Part shown: piece by piece, positions 11,401-24,640 of the stretch
Position numbering within the stretch: position 1 is the first letter of the stretch
Layout of the letters: each line of letters begins with the position of its first letter
Assembly: GCA_964057225.1 (NCBI GenBank)
Contig: OZ059898.1
Span: 62,001-126,000, forward strand
Direction: 5' to 3'
DNA from: Auanema rhodensis
Taxonomy: Eukaryota > Animalia > Nematoda
Length of the DNA: 64,000 nucleotides
Notes under the pieces: model-generated
Seen by the model: only the letters and a program-made list of their open reading frames with translations
Database searches by the model: none
What the model was told of the DNA's origin: nothing
Program-made: the position numbers and the translations under genes

Positions 11401-14400
11401 TTTTGAAAACCGCATCTCTTTATCTTTCACGTGAAGCGAGTTACATACCAAGTGCACATCACGTGTACATTTAATTAGCATAAATTAAAGTTCACGTAAA
11501 TTTCAAAGTCATGGTTACCATGAACCAATATCAATAAAAATTTGTTTTTAGACTAATATGGACATGGGGAATCTAATTTTGAAAACCGCATCTCTTTATC
11601 TTTCACGTGAAGCGAGTTACATACCAAGTGCACATCACGTGTACATTTAATTAGCATAAATTAAAGTTCACGTAAATTTCAAAGTCATGGTTACCATGAA
11701 GCAATATCAATAAAAATTTGTTTTTAGACTAATATGGACATGGGGAATCTAATTTTGAAAACCGCATCTCTTTATCTTTCACGTGAAGCGAGTTACATAC
11801 CAAGTGCACATCACGTGTACATTTAATTAGCATAAATTAAAGTTCACGTAAATTTCAAAGTCATGGTTACCATGAAGCAATATCAATAAAAATTTGTTTT
11901 TAGACTAATATGGACATGGGGAATCTAATTTTGAAAACCGCATCTCTTTATCTTTCACGTGAAGCGAGTTACATACCAAGTGCACATCACGTGTACATTT
12001 AATTAGCATAAATTAAAGTTCACGTAAATTTCAAAGTCATGGTTACCATGAACCAATATCAATAAAAATTTGTTTTGAGACTAATATGGACATGGGGAAT
12101 CTAATTTTGAAAACCGCATCTCTTTATCTTTCACGTGAAGCGAGTTACATACCAAGTGCACATCACGTGTACATTTAATTAGCATAAATTAAAGTTCACG
12201 TAAATTTCAAAGTCATGGTTACCATGAAGCAATATCAATAAAAATTTGTTTTTAGACTAATATGGACATGGGGAATCTAATTTTGAAAACCGCATCTCTT
12301 TATCTTTCACGTGAAGCGAGTTACATACCAAGTGCACATCACGTGTACATTTAATTAGCATAAATTAAAGTTCACGTAAATTTCAAAGTCATGGTTACCA
12401 TGAAGCAATATCAATAAAAATTTGTTTTTAGACTAATATGGACAGGGGGAATCTAATTTTGAAAACCGCATCTCTTTATCTTTCACGTGAAGCGAGTTAC
12501 ATACCAAGTGCACATCACGTGTACATTTAATTAGCATAAATTAAAGTTCACGTAAATTTCAAAGTCATGGTTACCATGAAGCAATATCAATAAAAATTTG
12601 TTTTTAGACTAATATGGACATGGGAAATCTAATTTTGAAAACCGCATCTCTTTTTCTTTCACGTGAAGCGAGTTACATACCAAGTGCACATCACGTGTAC
12701 ATTTAATTAGCATAAATTAAAGTTCACGTAAATTTCAAAGTCATGGTTACCATGAACCAATATCAATAAAAATTTGTTTTGAGACTAATATGGACATGGG
12801 GAATCTAATTTTGAAAACCGCATCTCTTTATCTTTCACGTGAAGCGAGTTACATACCAAGTGCACATCACGTGTACATTTAATTAGCATAAATTAAAGTT
12901 CACGTAAATTTCAAAGTCATGGTTACCATGCACCAATATCAATAAAAATTTGTTTTTAGACTAATATGGACATGGGGAATCTAATTTTGAAAACCGCATC
13001 TCTTTATCTTTCACGTGAAGCGAGTTACATACCAAGTGCACATCACGTGTACATTTAATTAGCATAAATTAAAGTTCACGTAAATTTCAAAGTCATGGTT
13101 ACCATGAAGCAATATCAATAAAAATTTGTTTTTAGACTAATATGGACATGGGGAATCTAATTTTGAAAACCGCATCTCTTTATCTTTCACGTGAAGCGAG
13201 TTACATACCAAGTGCACATCACGTGTACATTTAATTAGCATAAATTAAAGTTCACGTAAATTTCAAAGTCATGGTTACCATGCACCAATATCAATAAAAA
13301 TTTGTTTTTAGACTAATATGGACATGGGGAATCTAATTTTGAAAACCGCATCTCTTTATCTTTCACGTGAAGCGAGTTACATACCAAGTGCACATCACGT
13401 GTACATTTAATTAGCATAAATTAAAGTTCACGTAAATTTCAAAGTCATGGTTACCATGAAGCAATATCAATAAAAATTTGTTTTTAGACTAATATGGACA
13501 TGGGGAATCTAATTTTGAAAACCGCATCTCTTTATCTTTCACGTGAAGCGAGTTACATACCAAGTGCACATCACGTGTACATTTAATTAGCATAAATTAA
13601 AGTTCACGTAAATTTCAAAGTCATGGTTACCATGAAGCAATATCAATAAAAATTTGTTTTTAGACTAATATGGACAGGGGGAATCTAATTTTGAAAACCG
13701 CATCTCTTTATCTTTCACGTGAAGCGAGTTACATACCAAGTGCACATCACGTGTACATTTAATTAGCATAAATTAAAGTTCACGTAAATTTCAAAGTCAT
13801 GGTTACCATGAAGCAATATCAATAAAAATTTGTTTTTAGACTAATATGGACATGGGGAATCTAATTTTGAAAACCGCATCTCTTTATCTTTCACGTGAAG
13901 CGAGTTACATACCAAGTGCACATCACGTGTACATTTAATTAGCATAAATTAAAGTTCACGTAAATTTCAAAGTCATGGTTACCATGAAGCAATATCAATA
14001 AAAATTTGTTTTTAGACTAATATGGACATGGGGAATCTAATTTTGAAAACCGCATCTCTTTATCTTTCACGTGAAGCGAGTTACATACCAAGTGCACATC
14101 ACGTGTACATTTAATTAGCATAAATTAAAGTTCACGTAAATTTCAAAGTCATGGTTACCATGAAGCAATATCAATAAAAATTTGTTTTTAGACTAATATG
14201 GACAGGGGGAATCTAATTTTGAAAACCGCATCTCTTTATCTTTCACGTGAAGCGAGTTACATACCAAGTGCACATCACGTGTACATTTAATTAGCATAAA
14301 TTAAAGTTCACGTAAATTTCAAAGTCATGGTTACCATGAAGCAATATCAATAAAAATTTGTTTTTAGACTAATATGGACATGGGGAATCTAATTTTGAAA

Positions 14401-17072
14401 ACCGCATCTCTTTATCTTTCACGTGAAGCGAGTTACATACCAAGTGCACATCACGTGTACATTTAATTAGCATAAATTAAAGTTCACGTAAATTTCAAAG
14501 TCATGGTTACCATGAACCAATATCAATAAAAATTTGTTTTTAGACTAATATGGACATGGGGAATCTAATTTTGAAAACCGCATCTCTTTATCTTTCACGT
14601 GAAGCGAGTTACATACCAAGTGCACATCACGTGTACATTTAATTAGCATGAATTAAAGTTCACGTAAATTTCAAAGTCATGGTTACCATGCACCAATATC
14701 AATAAAAATTTGTTTTTAGACTAATATGGACATGGGGAATCTAATTTTGAAAACCGCATCTCTTTATCTTTCACGTGAAGCGAGTTACATACCAAGTGCA
14801 CATCACGTGTACATTTAATTAGCATAAATTAAAGTTCACGTAAATTTCAAAGTCATGGTTACCATGCACCAATATCAATAAAAATTTGTTTTTAGACTAA
14901 TATGGACATGGGGAATCTAATTTAGAAAACCGCATCTCTTTATCTTTCACGTGAAGCGAGTTACATACCAAGTGCACATCACGTGTACATTTAATTAGCA
15001 TAAATTAAAGTTCACGTAAATTTCAAAGTCATGGTTACCATGAACCAATATCAATAAAAATTTGTTTTTAGACTAATATGGACATGGGGAATCTAATTTA
15101 GAAAACCGCATCTCTTTATCTTTCACGTGAAGCGAGTTACATACCAAGTGCACATCACGTGTACATTTTATTAGCATAAATTAAAGTTCACGTAAATTTC
15201 AAAGTCATGGTTACCATGCACCAATATCAATAAAAATTTGTTTTTAGACTAATATGGACATGGGGAATCTAATTTTGAAAACCGCATCTCTTTATCTTTC
15301 ACGTGAAGCGAGTTACATACCAAGTGCACATCACGTGTACATTTAATTAGCATAAATTAAAGTTCACGTAAATTTCAAAGTCATGGTTACCATGAACCAA
15401 TATCAATAAAAATTTGTTTTTAGACTAATATGGACATGGGGAATCTATTTTTAAAAACCGCATCTCTTTATCTTTCACGTGAAGCGAGTTACATACCAAG
15501 TGCACATCACGTGTACATTTAATTAGCATAAATTAAAGTTCACGTAAATTTCAAAGTCATGGTTACCATGAACCAATATCAATAAAAATTTGTTTTTAGA
15601 CTAATATGGACATGGGGAATCTAATTTTGAAAACCGCATCTCTTTATCTTTCACGTGAAGCGAGTTACATACCAAGTGCACATCACGTGTACATTTAATT
15701 AGCATAAATTAAAGTTCACGTAAATTTCAAAGTCATGGTTACCATGAACCAATATCAATAAAAATTTGTTTTTAGACTAATATGGACATGGGGAATCTAT
15801 TTTTAAAAACCGCATCTCTTTATCTTTCACGTGAAGCGAGTTACATACCAAGTGCACATCACGTGTACATTTAATTAGCATAAATTAAAGTTCACGTAAA
15901 TTTCAAAGTCATGGTTACCATGAACCAATATCAATAAAAATTTGTTTTTAGACTAATATGGACATGGGGAATCTAATTTTGAAAACCGCATCTCTTTATC
16001 TTTCACGTGAAGCGAGTTACATAACAAGTGCACATCACGTGTACATTTAATTAGCATAAATTAAAGTTCACGTAAATTTCAAAGTCATGGTTACCATGAA
16101 CCAATATCAATAAAAATTTGTTTTTAGACTAATATGGACATGGGGAATCTAATTTTGAAAACCGCATCTCTTCTTCTTTCACGTGAAGCGAGTTACATAC
16201 CAAGTGCACATCACGTGTACATTTAATTAGCATAAATTAAAGTTCACGTAAATTTCAAAGTCATGGTTACCATGAACCAATATCAATAAAAATTTGTTTT
16301 TAGACTAATATGGACATGGGGAATCTAATTTAGAAAACCGCATCTCTTTATCTTTCACGTGAAGCGAGTTACATACCAAGTGCACATCACGTGTACATTT
16401 AATTAGCATAAATTAAATTTCACGTAAATTTCAAAGTCATGGTTACCATGCACCAATATCAATAAAAATTTGTTTTTAGACTAATATGGACATGGGGAAT
16501 CTAATTTTGAAAACCGCATCTCTTTATCTTTCACGTGAAGCGAGTTACATACCAAGTGCACATCACGTGTACATTTAATTAGCATAAATTAAAGTTCACG
16601 TAAATTTCAAAGTCATGGTTACCATGAACCAATATCAATAAAAATTTGTTTTTAGACTAATATGGACATGGGGAATCTATTTTTAAAAACCGCATCTCTT
16701 TATCTTTCACGTGAAGCGAGTTACATACCAAGTGCACATCACGTGTACATTTAATTAGCATAAATTAAAGTTCACGTAAATTTCAAAGTCATGGTTACCA
16801 TGAACCAATATCAATAAAAATTTGTTTTTAGACTAATATGGACATGGGGAATCTAATTTTGAAAACCGCATCTCTTTATCTTTCACGTGAAGCGAGTTAC
16901 ATAACAAGTGCACATCACGTGTACATTTAATTAGCATAAATTAAAGTTCACGTAAATTTCAAAGTCATGGTTACCATGCACCAATATCAATAAAAATTTG
17001 TTTTTAGACTAATATGGACATGGGGAATCTAATTTTGAAAACCGCATCTCTTTATCTTTCACGTGAAGCGAG

Positions 17073-20000
17073 TTACATACCAAGTGCACATCACGTGTAC
17101 ATTTAATTAGCATAAATTAAAGTTCACGTAAATTTCAAAGTCATGGTTACCATGCACCAATATCAATAAAAATTTGTTTTTAGACTAATATGGACATGGG
17201 GAATCTAATTTTGAAAACCGCATCTCTTTATCTTTCACGTGAAGCGAGTTACATACCAAGTGCACATCACGTGTACATTTAATTAGCATAAATTAAAGTT
17301 CACGTAAATTTCAAAGTCATGGTTACCATGAACCAATATCAATAAAAATTTGTTTTGAGACTAATATGGACATGGGGAATCTAATTTTGAAAACCGCATC
17401 TCTTTATCTTTCACGTGAAGCGAGTTACATACCAAGTGCACATCACGTGTACATTTAATTAGCATAAATTAAAGTTCACGTAAATTTCAAAGTCATGGTT
17501 ACCATGAAGCAATATCAATAAAAATTTGTTTTTAGACTAATATGGACATGGGGAATCTAATTTTGAAAACCGCATCTCTTTATCTTTCACGTGAAGCGAG
17601 TTACATACCAAGTGCACATCACGTGTACATTTAATTAGCATAAATTAAAGTTCACGTAAAATTCAAAGTCATGGTTACCATGAACCAATATCAATAAAAA
17701 TTTGTTTTTAGACTAATATGGACATGGGGAATCTAATTTTGAAAACCGCATCTCTTTATCTTTCACGTGAAGCGAGTTACATACCAAGTGCACATCACGT
17801 GTACATTTAATTAGCATAAATTAAAGTTCACGTAAATTTCAAAGTCATGGTTACCATGAACCAATATCAATAAAAATTTGTTTTTAGACTAATATGGACT
17901 AGGGGAATCTAATTTTGAAAACCGCATCTCTTTATCTTTCACGTGAAGCGAGTTACATACCAAGTGCACATCACGTGTACATTTAATTAGCATAAATTAA
18001 AGTTCACGTAAATTTCAAAGTCATGGTTACCATGCACCAATATCAATAAAAATTTGTTTTTAGACTAATATGGACATGGGGAATCTAATTTTGAAAACCG
18101 CATCTCTTTATCTTTCACGTGAAGCGAGTTACATACCAAGTGCACATCACGTGTACATTTAATTAGCATAAATTAAAGTTCACGTAAATTTCAAAGTCAT
18201 GGTTACCATGAAGCAATATCAATAAAAATTTGTTTTTAGACTAATATGGACATGGGGAATCTAATTTTGAAAACCGCATCTCTTTATCTTTCACGTGAAG
18301 CGAGTTACATACCAAGTGCACATCACGTGTACATTTAATTAGCATAAATTAAAGTTCACGTAAATTTCAAAGTCATGGTTACCATGAACCAATATCAATA
18401 AAAATTTGTTTTGAGACTAATATGGACATGGGGAATCTAATTTTGAAAACCGCATCTCTTTATCTTTCACGTGAAGCGAGTTACATACCAAGTGCACATC
18501 ACGTGTACATTTAATTAGCATAAATTAAAGTTCACGTAAATTTCAAAGTCATGGTTACCATGCACCAATATCAATAAAAATTTGTTTTTAGACTAATATG
18601 GACATGGGGAATCTAATTTTGAAAACCGCATCTCTTTATCTTTCACGTGAAGCGAGTTACATACCAAGTGCACATCACGTGTACATTTAATTAGCATAAA
18701 TTAAAGTTCACGTAAATTTCAAAGTCATGGTTACCATGAACCAATATCAATAAAAATTTGTTTTTAGACTAATATGGACATGGGGAATCTAATTTTGAAA
18801 ACCGCATCTCTTTATCTTTCACGTGAAGCGAGTTACATACCAAGTGCACATCACGTGTACATTTAATTAGCATAAATTAAAGTTCACGTAAATTTCAAAG
18901 TCATGGTTACCATGCACCAATATCAATAAAAATTTGTTTTTAGACTAATATGGACATGGGGAATCTAATTTTGAAAACCGCATCTCTTTATCTTTCACGT
19001 GAAGCGAGTTACATACCAAGTGCACATCACGTGTACATTTAATTAGCATAAATTAAAGTTCACGTAAATTTCAAAGTCATGGTTACCATGCACCAATATC
19101 AATAAAAATTTGTTTTTAGACTAATATGGACATGGGGAATCTAATTTTGAAAACCGCATCTCTTTATCTTTCACGTGAAGCGAGTTACATACCAAGTGCA
19201 CATCACGTGTACATTTAATTAGCATAAATTAAAGTTCACGTAAATTTCAAAGTCATGGTTACCATGCACCAATATCAATAAAAATTTGTTTTTAGACTAA
19301 TATGGACATGGGGAATCTAATTTTGAAAACCGCATCTCTTTATCTTTCACGTGAAGCGAGTTACATACCAAGTGCACATCACGTGTACATTTAATTAGCA
19401 TAAATTAAAGTTCACGTAAATTTCAAAGTCATGGTTACCATGAAGCAATATCAATAAAAATTTGTTTTTAGACTAATATGGACATGGGGAATCTAATTTT
19501 GAAAACCGCATCTCTTTATCTTTCACGTGAAGCGAGTTACATACCAAGTGCACATCACGCGTACATTTAATTAGCATAAATTAAAGTTCACGTAAATTTC
19601 AAAGTCATGGTTACCATGAAGCAATATCAATAAAAATTTGTTTTTAGACTAATATGGACAGGGGGAATCTAATTTTGAAAACCGCATCTCTTTATCTTTC
19701 ACGTGAAGCGAGTTACATACCAAGTGCACATCACGTGTACATTTAATTAGCATAAATTAAAGTTCACGTAAATTTCAAAGTCATGGTTACCATGAAGCAA
19801 TATCAATAAAAATTTGTTTTTAGACTAATATGGACATGGGGAATCTAATTTTGAAAACCGCATCTCTTTATCTTTCACGTGAAGCGAGTTACATACCAAG
19901 TGCACATCACGTGTACATTTAATTAGCATAAATTAAAGTTCACGTAAATTTCAAAGTCATGGTTACCATGCACCAATATCAATAAAAATTTGTTTTTAGA

Positions 20001-22880
20001 CTAATATGGACATGGGGAATCTAATTTTGAAAACCGCATCTCTTTATCTTTCACGTGAAGCGAGTTACATACCAAGTGCACATCACGTGTACATTTAATT
20101 AGCATAAATTAAAGTTCACGTAAATTTCAAAGTCATGGTTACCATGAACCAATATCAATAAAAATTTGTTTTGAGACTAATATGGACATGGGGAATCTAA
20201 TTTTGAAAACCGCATCTCTTTATCTTTCACGTGAAGCGAGTTACATACCAAGTGCACATCACGTGTACATTTAATTAGCATAAATTAAAGTTCACGTAAA
20301 TTTCAAAGTCATGGTTACCATGAAGCAATATCAATAAAAATTTGTTTTTAGACTAATATGGACATGGGGAATCTAATTTTGAAAACCGCATCTCTTTATC
20401 TTTCACGTGAAGCGAGTTACATACCAAGTGCACATCACGTGTACATTTAATTAGCATAAATTAAAGTTCACGTAAAATTCAAAGTCATGGTTACCATGAA
20501 CCAATATCAATAAAAATTTGTTTTTAGACTAATATGGACATGGGGAATCTAATTTTGAAAACCGCATCTCTTTATCTTTCACGTGAAGCGAGTTACATAC
20601 CAAGTGCACATCACGTGTACATTTAATTAGCATAAATTAAAGTTCACGTAAATTTCAAAGTCATGGTTACCATGAACCAATATCAATAAAAATTTGTTTT
20701 TAGACTAATATGGACTAGGGGAATCTAATTTTGAAAACCGCATCTCTTTATCTTTCACGTGAAGCGAGTTACATACCAAGTGCACATCACGTGTACATTT
20801 AATTAGCATAAATTAAAGTTCACGTAAATTTCAAAGTCATGGTTACCATGCACCAATATCAATAAAAATTTGTTTTTAGACTAATATGGACATGGGGAAT
20901 CTAATTTTGAAAACCGCATCTCTTTATCTTTCACGTGAAGCGAGTTACATACCAAGTGCACATCACGTGTACATTTAATTAGCATAAATTAAAGTTCACG
21001 TAAATTTCAAAGTCATGGTTACCATGCACCAATATCAATAAAAATTTGTTTTTAGACTAATATGGACATGGGGAATCTAATTTTGAAAACCGCATCTCTT
21101 TATCTTTCACGTGAAGCGAGTTACATACCAAGTGCACATCACGTGTACATTTAATTAGCATAAATTAAAGTTCACGTAAATTTCAAAGTCATGGTTACCA
21201 TGAAGCAATATCAATAAAAATTTGTTTTTAGACTAATATGGACATGGGGAATCTAATTTTGAAAACCGCATCTCTTTATCTTTCACGTGAAGCGAGTTAC
21301 ATACCAAGTGCACATCACGTGTACATTTAATTAGCATAAATTAAAGTTCACGTAAATTTCAAAGTCATGGTTACCATGAACCAATATCAATAAAAATTTG
21401 TTTTGAGACTAATATGGACATGGGGAATCTAATTTTGAAAACCGCATCTCTTTATCTTTCACGTGAAGCGAGTTACATACCAAGTGCACATCACGTGTAC
21501 ATTTAATTAGCATAAATTAAAGTTCACGTAAATTTCAAAGTCATGGTTACCATGCACCAATATCAATAAAAATTTGTTTTTAGACTAATATGGACATGGG
21601 GAATCTAATTTTGAAAACCGCATCTCTTTATCTTTCACGTGAAGCGAGTTACATACCAAGTGCACATCACGTGTACATTTAATTAGCATAAATTAAAGTT
21701 CACGTAAATTTCAAAGTCATGGTTACCATGAACCAATATCAATAAAAATTTGTTTTTAGACTAATATGGACATGGGGAATCTAATTTTGAAAACCGCATC
21801 TCTTTATCTTTCACGTGAAGCGAGTTACATACCAAGTGCACATCACGTGTACATTTAATTAGCATAAATTAAAGTTCACGTAAATTTCAAAGTCATGGTT
21901 ACCATGCACCAATATCAATAAAAATTTGTTTTTAGACTAATATGGACATGGGGAATCTAATTTTGAAAACCGCATCTCTTTATCTTTCACGTGAAGCGAG
22001 TTACATACCAAGTGCACATCACGTGTACATTTAATTAGCATAAATTAAAGTTCACGTAAATTTCAAAGTCATGGTTACCATGCACCAATATCAATAAAAA
22101 TTTGTTTTTAGACTAATATGGACATGGGGAATCTAATTTTGAAAACCGCATCTCTTTATCTTTCACGTGAAGCGAGTTACATACCAAGTGCACATCACGT
22201 GTACATTTAATTAGCATAAATTAAAGTTCACGTAAATTTCAAAGTCATGGTTACCATGCACCAATATCAATAAAAATTTGTTTTTAGACTAATATGGACA
22301 TGGGGAATCTAATTTTGAAAACCGCATCTCTTTATCTTTCACGTGAAGCGAGTTACATACCAAGTGCACATCACGTGTACATTTAATTAGCATAAATTAA
22401 AGTTCACGTAAATTTCAAAGTCATGGTTACCATGAAGCAATATCAATAAAAATTTGTTTTTAGACTAATATGGACATGGGGAATCTAATTTTGAAAACCG
22501 CATCTCTTTATCTTTCACGTGAAGCGAGTTACATACCAAGTGCACATCACGCGTACATTTAATTAGCATAAATTAAAGTTCACGTAAATTTCAAAGTCAT
22601 GGTTACCATGAAGCAATATCAATAAAAATTTGTTTTTAGACTAATATGGACAGGGGGAATCTAATTTTGAAAACCGCATCTCTTTATCTTTCACGTGAAG
22701 CGAGTTACATACCAAGTGCACATCACGTGTACATTTAATTAGCATAAATTAAAGTTCACGTAAATTTCAAAGTCATGGTTACCATGAAGCAATATCAATA
22801 AAAATTTGTTTTTAGACTAATATGGACATGGGGAATCTAATTTTGAAAACCGCATCTCTTTATCTTTCACGTGAAGCGAG
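17073..22880. repeat. Tandem 16/17-mer higher-order duplication (monomers 98-113 and 114-130)
   Basis: T24C at 19560 and 22552 (2992 bp = 17x176). The class order is the same, with one extra CAC monomer in the second copy. Confidence 0.88.
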
Positions 22881-24640
22881 TTACATACCAAGTGCACATC
22901 ACGTGTACATTTAATTAGCATAAATTAAAGTTCACGTAAATTTCAAAGTCATGGTTACCATGAACCAATATCAATAAAAATTTGTTTTGAGACTAATATG
23001 GACATGGGGAATCTAATTTTGAAAACCGCATCTCTTTATCTTTCACGTGAAGCGAGTTACATACCAAGTGCACATCACGTGTACATTTAATTAGCATAAA
23101 TTAAAGTTCACGTAAATTTCAAAGTCATGGTTACCATGCACCAATATCAATAAAAATTTGTTTTTAGACTAATATGGACATGGGGAATCTAATTTTGAAA
23201 ACCGCATCTCTTTATCTTTCACGTGAAGCGAGTTACATACCAAGTGCACATCACGTGTACATTTAATTAGCATAAATTAAAGTTCACGTAAATTTCAAAG
23301 TCATGGTTACCATGAACCAATATCAATAAAAATTTGTTTTTAGACTAATATGGACATGGGGAATCTATTTTTGAAAACCGCATCTCTTTATCTTTCACGT
23401 GAAGCGAGTTACATACCAAGTGCACATCACGTGTACATTTAATTAGCATAAATTAAAGTTCACGTAAATTTCAAAGTCATGGTTACCATGAACCAATATC
23501 AATAAAAATTTGTTTTTAGACTAATATGGACATGGGGAATCTAATTTTGAAAACCGCATCTCTTTATCTTTCACGTGAAGCGAGTTACATAACAAGTGCA
23601 CATCACGTGTACATTTAATTAGCATAAATTAAAGTTCACGTAAATTTCAAAGTCATGGTTACCATGCACCAATATCAATAAAAATTTGTTTTTAGACTAA
23701 TATGGACATGGGGAATCTAATTTTGAAAACCGCATCTCTTTATCTTTCACGTGAAGCGAGTTACATACCAAGTGCACATCACGTGTACATTTAATTAGCA
23801 TAAATTAAAGTTCACGTAAATTTCAAAGTCATGGTTACCATGAACCAATATCAATAAAAATTTGTTTTTAGACTAATATGGACATGGGGAATCTAATTTT
23901 GAAAACCGCATCTCTTTATCTTTCACGTGAAGCGAGTTACATACCAAGTGCACATCACGTGTACATTTAATTAGCATAAATTAAAGTTCACGTAAATTTC
24001 AAAGTCATGGTTACCATGAACCAATATCAATAAAAATTTGTTTTGAGACTAATATGGACATGGGGAATCTAATTTTGAAAACCGCATCTCTTTATCTTTC
24101 ACGTGAAGCGAGTTACATACCAAGTGCACATCACGTGTACATTTAATTAGCATAAATTAAAGTTCACGTAAATTTCAAAGTCATGGTTACCATGAAGCAA
24201 TATCAATAAAAATTTGTTTTTAGACTAATATGGACATGGGGAATCTAATTTTGAAAACCGCATCTCTTTATCTTTCACGTGAAGCGAGTTACATAACAAG
24301 TGCACATCACGTGTACATTTAATTAGCATAAATTAAAGTTCACGTAAATTTCAAAGTCATGGTTACCATGCACCAATATCAATAAAAATTTGTTTTTAGA
24401 CTAATATGGACATGGGGAATCTAATTTTGAAAACCGCATCTCTTTATCTTTCACGTGAAGCGAGTTACATACCAAGTGCACATCACGTGTACATTTAATT
24501 AGCATAAATTAAAGTTCACGTAAATTTCAAAGTCATGGTTACCATGCACCAATATCAATAAAAATTTGTTTTTAGACTAATATGGACATGGGGAATCTAA
24601 TTTTGAAAACCGCATCTCTTTATCTTTCACGTGAAGCGAG

